A stretch of DNA of 64,000 bases from Candidatus Obscuribacteraceae bacterium. Its GTDB lineage: Bacteria; Cyanobacteriota; Vampirovibrionia; Obscuribacterales; Obscuribacteraceae. The stretch is from the NCBI GenBank assembly GCA_044226015.1, contig JBGAHS010000001.1, positions 768,001 through 832,000 on the forward strand, given 5' to 3'. The translations under genes and the position numbers were made by a program. Positions 20,209 to 30,399 of this stretch are shown here, one piece after another. The notes under the pieces were generated by a model. The model ran no database searches and was not told where the DNA came from. It saw only the letters and a list, made by a program, of their open reading frames with translations. The stretch's first letter is position 1, and each line of letters opens with the position of its first letter.

Positions 20209-22125
20209 TTATAAATCTGGGCTCAATTCTTTCAAGTCTTTTTCCCTGCCAATTTTCACTGCGATTTCTCGCATGTCTTCAAGTATCATTCGCTCGGTAG
20301 AGAGGTCTGAATGATTCGTTTCGCGCAAATGTGATTTTATATACTCATAGTCCTCGCTAGCCTTCTCGGGCTGCTTCAAAGCTACCAGTATGACAGCCCG
20401 CACAACCCGGACATAAAGGTAGGAGGGGTCGTAGTCTTTATCGTAGTGATGGTAATTTGAAATAGCTTTATCAATGTGTGTAAGTGCCTTTTCTAAGTCG
20501 CCATATTTTAGTTCAGCTGAGGCCAGCGTCGTAAGGGCCGAGGTTCCCAGGTATGTGGCTAGATCTTTTCGTTCCTGGCTAATCTCGAAGCTTTCCGTTG
20601 CTGTTTTGATTGCGTTTTTGAAATCACCAGATTGAGCCTGTGCGCTAGCAAGAGCATTGAGTGTAATGACCCGTAAGCCACGTATTTCCATGCTGGAACT
20701 TGGTGTGGACTCTGTTAGCAATAGGGCTTCTTTTAAGGTTTCTTTAGCAGACTTCGCATCTTTTAGTGAATTTTGTGCACTTGCTTGCGAGCAAATCAGG
20801 GCAATGTACATAGTGCTTCTCTTGTCGTTATTTGCACGACAGAGGTCGATCGCTTTTTGAATATTCGTCAGGCTGGTTTCGTAATCAGCCTTTCTTGCGA
20901 AAAGGTCCGCTAAATATTTGTGAGCACTACAAATTTGCTGCCATTTGTTGGTGGTGTTGTTTCGTTTCATCCACGATTGTATTAGCGAGATAGCGTCATC
21001 TATTCGTCCCGCGTTTGCTAGTTTAGTTGCCTGATTGTTAGTAGCCTCCAGGCTCAACGGGCGCAGCGGAGTGCTCAGGGATACTTTCTGATTCGATTCA
21101 GTCACTACCTCGAGAGCGGCCATTCGCTGTTTGACGATGATGGCTGCACATACTCCAACCACTGTCATTCCAATTAGCATTGTCCACAAATAGAATGTAC
21201 CGAACAAATCCTTTCCTGTTTTTTGTTCGGGTGGCAGCGCGAAATGCATGCCAGATTTTGTCGATGCGTCGCGCAGGCGCACAAGCTCTTCACGCAATTG
21301 CGTCGCTGTTTCCGTTCTTTTATCGGGGTCTTCCTCTGTTGCTTTTGCGATTAGTGAGCTTAGTGGTTCGGTAACTTTACCGTCTATGGCAACAGACTCA
21401 AACAGAGATACGCCTAACGCATAAATATCCGCACGCGCGTCCGCCTCGCGTCCAAGATATTGTTCAGGGCTTATATATTTTCTGGTACCTAGAATTTCGC
21501 CTTGTTGGGTGAGTTTCTGATGAGCCGCATCATCTTCGAGATTTAATTTCGACATTCCGAAGTCAACTACTTTAACGTTTGAGTTGAGGTCACCACTATT
21601 TAGAATCAGTATGTTTCCGGGCTTTATGTCTCTGTGTATCACATTTCTGGAATGAGCATGTTCGAGTGCCGCTGCTACCTGACAGAAAATGCTAACTGCT
21701 CGTTCGGGGGTGAGGACCTTCTCTTTAGCTAGAACTTCGGCAAGGTCTTGCCCTTCCAGGTATTCCTGTGCCATGTAGGGCACACCCTGTGCAGTCACTG
21801 CAAATGAATAAACTTTGGCGATATTTTCCTGTTCGAGGTGTGCTACTGAAATTGCTTCGCGCCGAAATCGCTGCAAGTCTATCAACTCAGATGATTTTAG
21901 GATTTTTAGCGCTAATATTCGGTTTAGCTCTTTGTGTCTCGCTTTATAAACACGGCTCATTCCACCCATACCGATAAAATCGAGAATCTCGTATTTGTCA
22001 TCAAATATGGTGCCAATTCTGGAGTCTCTTTCGCTTAGCCTGACCCTGTCAAATGGGCATTCCTGTACATCATTCGCAAACTGACGGTGGCAAACGATGC
22101 AAATTTTTCCAGGTGAGGTCGACAT
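20209..22125 (-). CDS. Hanks-type Ser/Thr kinase: N-terminal Cys knuckle, one TM helix, C-terminal TPR region
   Basis: GMGGMSRVY, ALK, HRDIKPGN, DFG, YISPEQ, DIYALG; TM segment LWTMLIGMTVVGVCAAIIV; TPR-like helices. Confidence 0.92.
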   Translation of the reverse strand: MSTSPGKICIVCHRQFANDVQECPFDRVRLSERDSRIGTIFDDKYEILDFIGMGGMSRVYKARHKELNRILALKILKSSELIDLQRFRREAISVAHLEQENIAKVYSFAVTAQGVPYMAQEYLEGQDLAEVLAKEKVLTPERAVSIFCQVAAALEHAHSRNVIHRDIKPGNILILNSGDLNSNVKVVDFGMSKLNLEDDAAHQKLTQQGEILGTRKYISPEQYLGREADARADIYALGVSLFESVAIDGKVTEPLSSLIAKATEEDPDKRTETATQLREELVRLRDASTKSGMHFALPPEQKTGKDLFGTFYLWTMLIGMTVVGVCAAIIVKQRMAALEVVTESNQKVSLSTPLRPLSLEATNNQATKLANAGRIDDAISLIQSWMKRNNTTNKWQQICSAHKYLADLFARKADYETSLTNIQKAIDLCRANNDKRSTMYIALICSQASAQNSLKDAKSAKETLKEALLLTESTPSSSMEIRGLRVITLNALASAQAQSGDFKNAIKTATESFEISQERKDLATYLGTSALTTLASAELKYGDLEKALTHIDKAISNYHHYDKDYDPSYLYVRVVRAVILVALKQPEKASEDYEYIKSHLRETNHSDLSTERMILEDMREIAVKIGREKDLKELSPDL

Positions 22126-24101
22126 CAGCTTCTATTCCATTCGTTTTGGCTGATGTTCTTCACCGAGCTAATCATCCAGCGCCCTTTTTTGCGAATGAGC
22201 TGAAATGCAAAATGACCAGTTCCACCTTTGCTGAAATATGCCATGTCCACCAGTGTTTTAGCACTGTCCTTTGACACTTTGATAACCTTGGTGGCATTTC
22301 CAGGAGCAATTTCTGAATCGGGGTTGTGATTTGATAATTTGAATCCGCGCTTGAATTCTTCAAAGTTGTTCTTTCTCAAACTCGAAGCCGGGTCAATGTT
22401 GTCGTAAGCTGCTTCCCATTGTCGTCGTCCTAATTGCCCGTAGTGTCGTCTCACCACGGAATCGGCATCTTTTACTATGGGGTCTACCACACCTGTGAAA
22501 TCGGCTGAGTCCAGCTCTAAACCGTTAATGCCCTGGTGATAAGTGAAGTTCCAGAGCGCTCCGTTCAAGAGCCCTTCAGGATTGCTGATTTTTACTGCTT
22601 CGTTATTATAAATTCCAAGCTTCAGCGTCTTGCCTTCTACGTTCAATTCGCATTCCGCATTATCACCATGGCGATCGTAATAATAGAGAACCCCATTCAC
22701 AGTGTGTTGTGGCGGGGCTTCCTTTTTTGATGGCATCAAAACTGCTGTTGCTGTGCAAATGAGGATAAGAGCTGCAGCAGCGAATCCCCAAAGTGCCATT
22801 CTGGCGCTATGACTTGTAATTCTGCTGATTTGAGAAACTTGTTCTTGTGATGAGTCCTTATCGGGACGAGCAGATTTTGTTTCCAAACCAGCGAACGTGT
22901 CAGCCTTGGGCGAGTCGGCTTGTTTCAACTCAGCATCTGACTCAATTGTTTTTTGTTTTGATTCAGAAATTACAACTGTGCTTTCGTCGGGTTTTTGTAC
23001 TTTTTTCTTTTGCTCAGCTTTGTTGCCGTTAGAAAGCACAGGCTTCTCCAGCTTTTGACTTGCGTCTGCAGCCCGGGTCTGAGGAGTTCCTTTTGATTGA
23101 CCCTGTCCGCCACCTTTATTCTCTAGCTGCAGAAATGCAGTCAATGCTGCGTTCAACTCACCCATTGATTGGAAGCGTTTCTGCGGGTCCTTTTCCAGGC
23201 AACGCATTACGATTGCTTCCATTTCTTTTCTTATGGTTTTGTTTTGCACCACATCTTTTAGTGCCGGCGGTTTCTCCTTTATTTGCATGCTGAGAACCTG
23301 CATTAGGTCCTCGGCTTCAAATGGAAGTTTGCCGGAGAGTGCTTCAAACATGCATACGCCAGCGGCATAAATGTCTGAACGCTGGTCAATTTTTAAGCCA
23401 CGAGATTGCTCGGGGCTCATGTAGTCCGGCGTGCCAAGGCATTCTCCTGTCCTGGTGATTTTTTCTTTTGAGTCGCCGCGAGCATTGAAAGCTTTTGCTA
23501 ATCCAAAATCCAGTACCTTGATATGCGGTCCGCGAGAGGTTGAACTTATGAAAATGTTCGTCGGCTTCAAGTCTCGGTGCAGAATTCCCATTCCGTGCGC
23601 ATGTTGCAGTGCATCACAAACTTGAGCAAAAATCTTGGCACATGCCCTTTCGTTGAGCTGCCCATTCAACTCAAGAAATTCCTGGAGACTGGCTCCCTCA
23701 AGATATTCCATCACCAGGTAAAGGTCACCGTTTTCGGTCACCCCAAAATCGTAAATCGTTATGATGTTTGGATGATTGAGCAGGCTTGCGCTCTTAGCCT
23801 CTTGCTCGAACCTCTTCCACATCGAAGGGTCGTAGGTCAAAACCTCGGCAATGCATTTAATTGCCACTGGGCGGTCTAATGCGACATGCTTTCCTCGATA
23901 GATAACACCCATGCCGCCGCGGGTGAGTACTTCTTGAACTTCATATTTCCCGGCGATTCGCGTGCCTACCATTCGGTCTGGGCGGCGGGAGATAAGTGGT
24001 CCGCCATCGTATGGGCAGACGGGGTGATCACCCGTAACCTCGCGCTGGCAGAGGACGCAAATCTGCGTCTTGCAAGGGGTTTCTTGTTCCGGGGTGGACA
24101 T
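22125..24101 (-). CDS. Hanks-type Ser/Thr kinase: N-terminal Cys knuckle, one TM helix, extracytoplasmic domain
   Basis: RGGMGVIY, VAIK, HRDLKPTN, DFG, GTPDYMSPEQ, DIYAAG. Start uncertain (24101 or track 24170). TGATG overlap with the next kinase. Confidence 0.92.
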   Translation of the reverse strand: MSTPEQETPCKTQICVLCQREVTGDHPVCPYDGGPLISRRPDRMVGTRIAGKYEVQEVLTRGGMGVIYRGKHVALDRPVAIKCIAEVLTYDPSMWKRFEQEAKSASLLNHPNIITIYDFGVTENGDLYLVMEYLEGASLQEFLELNGQLNERACAKIFAQVCDALQHAHGMGILHRDLKPTNIFISSTSRGPHIKVLDFGLAKAFNARGDSKEKITRTGECLGTPDYMSPEQSRGLKIDQRSDIYAAGVCMFEALSGKLPFEAEDLMQVLSMQIKEKPPALKDVVQNKTIRKEMEAIVMRCLEKDPQKRFQSMGELNAALTAFLQLENKGGGQGQSKGTPQTRAADASQKLEKPVLSNGNKAEQKKKVQKPDESTVVISESKQKTIESDAELKQADSPKADTFAGLETKSARPDKDSSQEQVSQISRITSHSARMALWGFAAAALILICTATAVLMPSKKEAPPQHTVNGVLYYYDRHGDNAECELNVEGKTLKLGIYNNEAVKISNPEGLLNGALWNFTYHQGINGLELDSADFTGVVDPIVKDADSVVRRHYGQLGRRQWEAAYDNIDPASSLRKNNFEEFKRGFKLSNHNPDSEIAPGNATKVIKVSKDSAKTLVDMAYFSKGGTGHFAFQLIRKKGRWMISSVKNISQNEWNRS

Positions 24102-24238
24102 AAATGCGTCAGGACTCCCATTTGGGGAGAATTTGTATGGATGTATTTTACCGCAATTAACTACTCCCAAGTCAGCTTACCCCCGGCAGCTCTTAATTAG
24201 CCGGATTCAGACCTTTGAAATCCAGCTATAGCGGTGTT

Positions 24239-27200
24239 TTATTTTTCGATATTTGAACCTGTTGAAGCCTGTTTTAACGGAAGCTTTACAATGAGTGCAT
24301 TCATTTCCTCTCTGTCTCTGTGGTATTCGAGGCTGCCTCCATGGGCGCTTATGACCCGATATGAGAGCACTGGGGAGAGTATCGAAAGGTGCAAAGAGCT
24401 AATTACAGAGTGATTTGCAGTTTTTCGTCTTAATAGATTGCTAATTAGATTGGCACTGGCTTGTCTATCAAATAGTCCGCTAATCTCCTCCTCTGTGAAT
24501 TGCTCCCCATTGTCTTTAATACACCAGAGCACATGTTCCGTCGTGTATTCAGCGCTCACTTGTACCGTTGCACCTGCAGGAAGCCTGGCTGCGCTGAGAG
24601 TTATGAGATTTGAAACTGCCTGAACTATTCGCTCAAACTCAAGAAAAAGAGTTATTTCATCTAAGGCTTCACGCAGGTCAATTTCAACCTCATACTGACG
24701 CGACTGGGCAATCTCACAGGACTTTTCCAGGCACTCTGCGGAAGATACTTCTGAGCGAACGAATGTCATTTTGCCAGACTCTATTTTTTCCAGGTCGAGC
24801 AGGTCGTTTATCAATTCAATCAATACTTCGCTCTGATAAATAATGTCTTCGAGCAGGGGTCTTGCATTCGCGCCGACGGGACCTGTGGCACCTTCATGAA
24901 TTAGCGCTGCTGTGCCAGTCATCGATGTTAAAGGGCTGCGAAGGTCATGGCTTACAACTGCAAGAAATTCTTCTTTCAATTGCTCTAGTTCTTTTCTTGC
25001 AGTGATATCATGTGCGATGCAATACAGGTAGTTTTGCTCACTTGTTCGGGAAAGAGAGACTAGCATGTATGCCATTTTTCCATCGCTGGAGCGGATCTTA
25101 ATCTCGCGATTCTCCGCTGAACTTAGCTCTGAACTCAAAAATCGAGTGAAGATATCGCTATCATCTTTTTCGACAAAATTGAAGATTGATTGATTTCTCA
25201 AATCATCTTTATTGCACGATAAAATATCTTCTGCTGCCGGGTTGGAACTGAGGAATCTTCCTTGATTGTCCAGTATGCAAATCAAATCTCTAGAATTGTC
25301 TAAAATTGCGCGTTCTTTCTTTCGCGCCGCAGCCAACTTTTCTGCTGTGTCGTGAAACGCCTTATCTAATTTTGATATTTCGTCGCTACCTTCTACCACC
25401 GGATTTAGCGGCAGCTCTCTTGCGACTCTAGATGCATTATCGGCTTGTATAGCAAGCCGTGAAGTGATATCTCTGCTGAAAAATCTTGCCAGAAACAATG
25501 ACAGCAAGAGATTGAAGAGTAATCCCGAGTTCAATGCTATTCCCTGCAGCTCGCGCAATTGATTTTGCTTTTGCGGGTTGATGAATTCGCGTCGCTCGGC
25601 TTCATCAATTAGTTTTCCTACTCTCTTGGAGATGCCCGTCGAAGTTGCCCAGAGTTCATACCTGTCTGGCTTATATCGCCCAATGTTGTTCTTCGTGTAA
25701 CCATTCTCTTCTAGAGCCCGTCGTGAGGCTTCGATGTGACTCACCATTCGGTCATGGAGTTTTTCGGCTGCCCCGAAAAGTTCTGCTTCTTTCGCGTCAT
25801 GCCTGACGAGTCTTTTCAATTTGTTGCCAGAGTCGATCAAGTGTTCATTTAGTTTGTCATACTCAAACCATTGCTTCTTCGTCTTAATATGTATCACTGT
25901 CACGCAGTTGGTGAAGTAGGCGTCGAGCAGCCTGTATGCGGTTTGTGCAATCTGTCTTTGTCTCGATTCCTCGACTCTGCTCTTTTGTGTTTGAATCAAT
26001 AGAGTAGTTATGCTCACCACGAAAATGAGTTCGAAAAGAATTGGAACCCCGATTAATAAAGCACCTTTTTGAAACAAGGACAGCTTTGAACCTGCTGACT
26101 TAGTCGTCTGCGATATGACAGGGAAAGCCTGGCTTCGCGCTGTTGCAGCTGATTCTGCCTTTGCTTTGACTATAAGCTTTTGTTGATTCTCCCAATTGGA
26201 AAAAATCGCTTCATTCTTTGGCAACGTAAATACGAATTCGCTGCCAACGCCCTCTTTGCTTTCTACATAGATTTTGCCACCGCTCGATTCAATTATGTCT
26301 TTGCAAATTGGCAGCCCAAGCCCGGTGCCAGCTTTTGCTTTGCCATCTCGCGCGTCAACTTGTTTGAACTTCTCGAATACGGACATTCTGTGTTCTTCTG
26401 GTATACCGCGACCTTTATCGAGCACGGACACTCGTATATATTCCTCTTCTTCCTCTCTGGCAATTAGAGTTACGCAGCTGTCTTGAGGAGAGAACTTGAT
26501 GGAGTTAGAACCCAGGTTTACTAGCACTTGAATAATCTTGTTAGGGTCAGCGTAGCAAGTCGTTGCATCGCATTCGATTTCGAACTTTATTTTTGACTTT
26601 TGAGCCATGCCTTCAAGGTCAGCGATTGCTCTTTCGAGAATTGGTTTAAGCGCAACTATTTGTCGGTTTGCAGATTGTTGTTCTGTTTCGGAGTCAGTTA
26701 ATTCAAGAAGCTCGTTTACCAGAGATAACAATCGTGCGCCGTTGCTTTTGATTGACTCTAGCCTGCTGATTGCTTTGCTACTCAGTTCGTTTTGCAGCGA
26801 CCCTACAAGGGTTTCCACATTTGAGGAAATTCTAAAAAGCGGTTCTCTCAAATCAGAACTCATCATCGAAATGAATGCGTGTTTGTTATGCTCAAGTTGT
26901 TTTCGCTCAGTTATGTCATGCACTACGCAGTAAAGTACATTCTCCTCTTCGGCAAAATAAATTGACCACAGCGTTTCTATCTTCTTTCCGCTGGGTCCAT
27001 AAACGCTACTTTCGATGTCTTGTTGTTCGTTTGTTTCTCGGGCTCGGCGAAATTTTGATAGAGCAGATTCTATTTCTTCCTTGTTCTCACCAAGAATTTG
27101 TGATACTGAATGTAGTAGCAGTTCGTCTTCTGCATATCCCCATACCCTGAGGCATGCTGGGTTGATCTTGCAGAACTTAAGGTCTGCATCAAGTACGCAG

Positions 27201-28051
27201 ATAACGTCGTTCGCACTTTCCAGGAGCAAGCGCTCTCTGTCCGCTGCATCTTTGAGGCTCTGATGCATTTTGTGAAAGGACTGGTCGAGTTGCGCTATTT
27301 CGTCGGCACCTCCAATCTGAGGCAACAACTCGTATCCCTCAGCAAGTCGAAGTGTATTGCTCATAATTGACTTGAGCCTGCTCGTGATGCTTGTGCGGTA
27401 GAAATATACGAGAGCAAGCCCAGCAAGAACATTCACTGTGAGTCCGACCGCAAGTATCTGGAATTGCAAATTTTGCAAGGTGGCGCTTCTTTTACGGCTA
27501 TCTTCAGCCATCTGTTCTTGCATTTGAGTGACTATAGACATGCGTTGCATAGTCACTTCTCGCTTTTGACCGAATTTGTCTTGTATTCTGTGTAAATCAG
27601 CCGCAATTCCGAAGAGGCTAGTTCCATGCCTAGCCGGTGCTATTACCTCATCTAGGATGGGTGAGAGATCGTCGATGCTTGTTATGAGTTGTTCGGCGGC
27701 TTGTTCAGCTTCTCGATTTCCTTGAGAACAGGCCCTGAGCGCCCTTTTTCTGTCCTCCATGCCTGTTCTGTCCTGGTCGAACAGTTTGATGAAAAACTGA
27801 GGGTCGCCCTGGTACGCTGCAAAAGCAGCAATGACAGCTTCGTTTGCTAATTGCATCAGCTTTGCCGAATGTGCTGATGCTTGCCTGAATCTATTCTCGC
27901 GAACGCTTTCTCTGTCAGACTCTGCTAGCAACAGGGCTAGTGAAACAATCAAGGTAATTTCAATTATTAGCGGGGCGGCGACAAGAATGAGCCCCTTGTG
28001 GAAAACTTGGAGCCCCATTGTTTTCTTAGGTATGTTGGCGACACTGCTCAT
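24239..28051 (-). CDS. Tandem double sensor histidine kinase: 2x (TM-sensor-TM-HAMP-PAS-HisKA-HATPase)
   Basis: Internal duplication (LQVFHKGLILVAAPL / LSLFQKGALLIGVPI; ITSRL..DEI; DVICVLD / DLICILD; HDITERKQLE / HDITARKELE); H-box, N, G1, F and G2 boxes are distributed across the two halves. Confidence 0.92.
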   Translation of the reverse strand: MSSVANIPKKTMGLQVFHKGLILVAAPLIIEITLIVSLALLLAESDRESVRENRFRQASAHSAKLMQLANEAVIAAFAAYQGDPQFFIKLFDQDRTGMEDRKRALRACSQGNREAEQAAEQLITSIDDLSPILDEVIAPARHGTSLFGIAADLHRIQDKFGQKREVTMQRMSIVTQMQEQMAEDSRKRSATLQNLQFQILAVGLTVNVLAGLALVYFYRTSITSRLKSIMSNTLRLAEGYELLPQIGGADEIAQLDQSFHKMHQSLKDAADRERLLLESANDVICVLDADLKFCKINPACLRVWGYAEDELLLHSVSQILGENKEEIESALSKFRRARETNEQQDIESSVYGPSGKKIETLWSIYFAEEENVLYCVVHDITERKQLEHNKHAFISMMSSDLREPLFRISSNVETLVGSLQNELSSKAISRLESIKSNGARLLSLVNELLELTDSETEQQSANRQIVALKPILERAIADLEGMAQKSKIKFEIECDATTCYADPNKIIQVLVNLGSNSIKFSPQDSCVTLIAREEEEEYIRVSVLDKGRGIPEEHRMSVFEKFKQVDARDGKAKAGTGLGLPICKDIIESSGGKIYVESKEGVGSEFVFTLPKNEAIFSNWENQQKLIVKAKAESAATARSQAFPVISQTTKSAGSKLSLFQKGALLIGVPILFELIFVVSITTLLIQTQKSRVEESRQRQIAQTAYRLLDAYFTNCVTVIHIKTKKQWFEYDKLNEHLIDSGNKLKRLVRHDAKEAELFGAAEKLHDRMVSHIEASRRALEENGYTKNNIGRYKPDRYELWATSTGISKRVGKLIDEAERREFINPQKQNQLRELQGIALNSGLLFNLLLSLFLARFFSRDITSRLAIQADNASRVARELPLNPVVEGSDEISKLDKAFHDTAEKLAAARKKERAILDNSRDLICILDNQGRFLSSNPAAEDILSCNKDDLRNQSIFNFVEKDDSDIFTRFLSSELSSAENREIKIRSSDGKMAYMLVSLSRTSEQNYLYCIAHDITARKELEQLKEEFLAVVSHDLRSPLTSMTGTAALIHEGATGPVGANARPLLEDIIYQSEVLIELINDLLDLEKIESGKMTFVRSEVSSAECLEKSCEIAQSRQYEVEIDLREALDEITLFLEFERIVQAVSNLITLSAARLPAGATVQVSAEYTTEHVLWCIKDNGEQFTEEEISGLFDRQASANLISNLLRRKTANHSVISSLHLSILSPVLSYRVISAHGGSLEYHRDREEMNALIVKLPLKQASTGSNIEK

Positions 28052-28068
28052 TGGTTTGAGCTTCCGCG

Positions 28069-28476
28069 TTATTTTAGATGAAGCGAGACCCCTACTAATT
28101 CAGGATACCCAGTTGTGACATCAAGTACTCGCTCAAACTTCCATTCTTTGCTGAAGTCGTGCACCACAATTTCGCATGTTGTGTAAACCAGATTGCCTGG
28201 CATCAAGTGCCCACCGAGTGTTTCACCGGTTGAGTTGGAAAACGAAGCATGAATATGCAAGCCAGATTTTCCAAGCGTGCCAGTGGCTGATACGATTTCG
28301 AGCGGACCCTTGATTGTGCTGGCTTCTGGCTGATCGGCAAAACGAAGACTTCCCGTTTTTAGCGAACCGACAAGACTGAGAACAACGCCTGCATCAATGT
28401 GCTGTTCGGCTACAAGCGCTTTCAGTTCGTTGTAAACGTCTTGGTCTGGTTTCAAGCGTTTTACTAGAATCGGCAT
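28069..28476 (-). CDS. PPC/DUF296 domain protein
   Basis: RLKPDQD, VGSL, EIVSATGTL, HIHAS, GGHL and TCEIV motifs. Confidence 0.88.
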   Translation of the reverse strand: MPILVKRLKPDQDVYNELKALVAEQHIDAGVVLSLVGSLKTGSLRFADQPEASTIKGPLEIVSATGTLGKSGLHIHASFSNSTGETLGGHLMPGNLVYTTCEIVVHDFSKEWKFERVLDVTTGYPELVGVSLHLK

Positions 28477-28477
28477 G

Positions 28478-29806
28478 CTAAAACTTTGGCTTTCCTGTTT
28501 TCAGCCATTCTCTGAAAGACGGTGCTTCGGTACTGCTTTGTTCGCTGGAAGATTCTTTCTTAGCGAGAAACTCGGCAAGCATTCTGTTGTACTGGGAGAT
28601 GTCCGACTCGCTGAACTTGTGTGCTGGAGGCGTGACCGCTTTGTTGGGATCGATCGTATTGCCGCCTGCTGACTCGGTTGTTCCAGCTGTTGCCGATGTT
28701 TCAGTGCCAGTCTCGGCATTCATTTTTTCAATTTCTGGAATAACTGGTATTGAGAGAACCTGGCGCTCGCTGAGTTCCCGAATAGCCGGTCTGCTGGTGT
28801 TTACAGGAGGCTGTTCTGCGCTTCCAAGATTAACTGGTCTTTGTGAGGATTCTTTTGTATCAGTGCTTGTGGACGGATCAGCCTTCTCTTTCGCGTCTTT
28901 ATTTTCTTGCACCGTGGGCGATACCGACTGCATAATTAGTTCTTTCGCTCTGGCAAAATGTTGAGAATCTGGCGGCACTTGATTCAGAAACTCTGTGCCT
29001 TTCTGTACGTCGCCAGCCTCTAATGCCTTTTCTCCCAACCTGAAAGCAGCTTCGCTAAACAGTGTCTCCTGTTGTTTGAAGTCTTCGGTTTTTCCCTGTG
29101 AGCGCAGCTCATTGAGTTTGTCGTAGACACCCTGATAGTTGTTTTTTGTGGCGTCATCTTTGACTTTCTCAATGATGGCACTCGCTGATACTACTGCCTT
29201 AGCATTTTTCTTTGCATCAACGTCTTTGTACATTTTATAGCCAACGAAAGAAAAAATGAGTCCGAAACCAACGATCGCGATAACGACGGCATTATTGACG
29301 AGGACCATGCCTGAGCCACCACGGTGACCCAGATCATTTTCAATAGGCTTGTCTTTACCGAATAGTGGCGAATGTAATTTTGTTTCTTCCTGGCTTTCAG
29401 GCGCTGCACCGCATGTGGTGTCAACTGTTGCACATATTGCTGTCTCAGATTCGACAGCTTGAACAGAAGAGTTGCTCTCCAGATCTGCGCTCTTGCAGCA
29501 GTTCTGGCTTAACGCTGTTTCAGCTTTGCTTTCATCAAGTGCTTCATCGCTGACAGCTTCTGACAGGTCTAGCTGATAATTAGAAAAATCATAGGTTTCG
29601 TTCTGAAGGCTATTGACCCGATAATCAGCTGTGCCTGCAGCGCTGCTTGGGTCTTCTAGTGCCGGCCAGTCAAAGTCAGACATGCCTTGTCCCACAGCGC
29701 TTTGCGCTGACTCGGGGCGCTTCTGCGTCAAGCCACATTCCTGACAGAAAGTATCTTTAACCGCTACTTCTGAGCCACATCTACGGCAGACTAATGTAAC
29801 TGGCAC
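28478..29806 (-). CDS. Zinc-ribbon-containing single-pass membrane protein
   Basis: CRRCG...FCQECG at the N-terminus, acidic linker, one TM helix, helical C-terminal part. GTG at 29806 has a GGAG RBS (track start 29851). Confidence 0.7.
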   Translation of the reverse strand: MPVTLVCRRCGSEVAVKDTFCQECGLTQKRPESAQSAVGQGMSDFDWPALEDPSSAAGTADYRVNSLQNETYDFSNYQLDLSEAVSDEALDESKAETALSQNCCKSADLESNSSVQAVESETAICATVDTTCGAAPESQEETKLHSPLFGKDKPIENDLGHRGGSGMVLVNNAVVIAIVGFGLIFSFVGYKMYKDVDAKKNAKAVVSASAIIEKVKDDATKNNYQGVYDKLNELRSQGKTEDFKQQETLFSEAAFRLGEKALEAGDVQKGTEFLNQVPPDSQHFARAKELIMQSVSPTVQENKDAKEKADPSTSTDTKESSQRPVNLGSAEQPPVNTSRPAIRELSERQVLSIPVIPEIEKMNAETGTETSATAGTTESAGGNTIDPNKAVTPPAHKFSESDISQYNRMLAEFLAKKESSSEQSSTEAPSFREWLKTGKPKF

Positions 29807-30035
29807 CGTTGTTCTCCCGCAAAACCAAATCTCTACTGCGTTATCGCTCATAGCTTTTCGGCATCTTCGCCGCCAGCATGAGTCTAGAAGAGAATAGCGA
29901 ATTCCTTCCTGCTTGTCAGCCCATCTTTTTCTAACTCAGAGCGGGTTTTATTTGTTTACACGCCTTCCTGTAACACAAGGTTGTTCGGATGCTAAGATTT
30001 GAAGCGTCGCATAGATTTTGGACCAGGGAAACAGT

Positions 30036-30368
30036 ATGAACGAAGTAGATAAGGCTGAGCTTATTCAAGGGTTGAAGGCGTTTCTTATACCCACCTGTTT
30101 GTTTATTTCCTGTCTCCTGGGCGCTGCGGGCATCTTCCTCATTCGCGAAGGCTACGGAGTCGGATGGGGATTCATCGCTGCCACAGTCACGATCATGGTC
30201 GCCTCGTTCGCAGCTTTCATAAACTTCCAGAACAAGCTGCGTTATGAAGGGAAGATGGTTGACCCTTATGATGAGCTGATTCCTGAAGCCGAAGCGTCCG
30301 AACCATCTGCTCTTGAGCAAAGCAGCGAAGTTAAAGCTGAGCCTCGCCAGAGGGCCGAAGTTAATTAG
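30036..30368 (+). CDS. Small two-TM hypothetical membrane protein
   Basis: Two hydrophobic helices and an acidic tail; AGGGA upstream of ATG 30036. Confidence 0.7.
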   Translation: MNEVDKAELIQGLKAFLIPTCLFISCLLGAAGIFLIREGYGVGWGFIAATVTIMVASFAAFINFQNKLRYEGKMVDPYDELIPEAEASEPSALEQSSEVKAEPRQRAEVN

Positions 30369-30399
30369 ATTTGCCCCAGTGTTTTGGCAAGCTTAGAGC

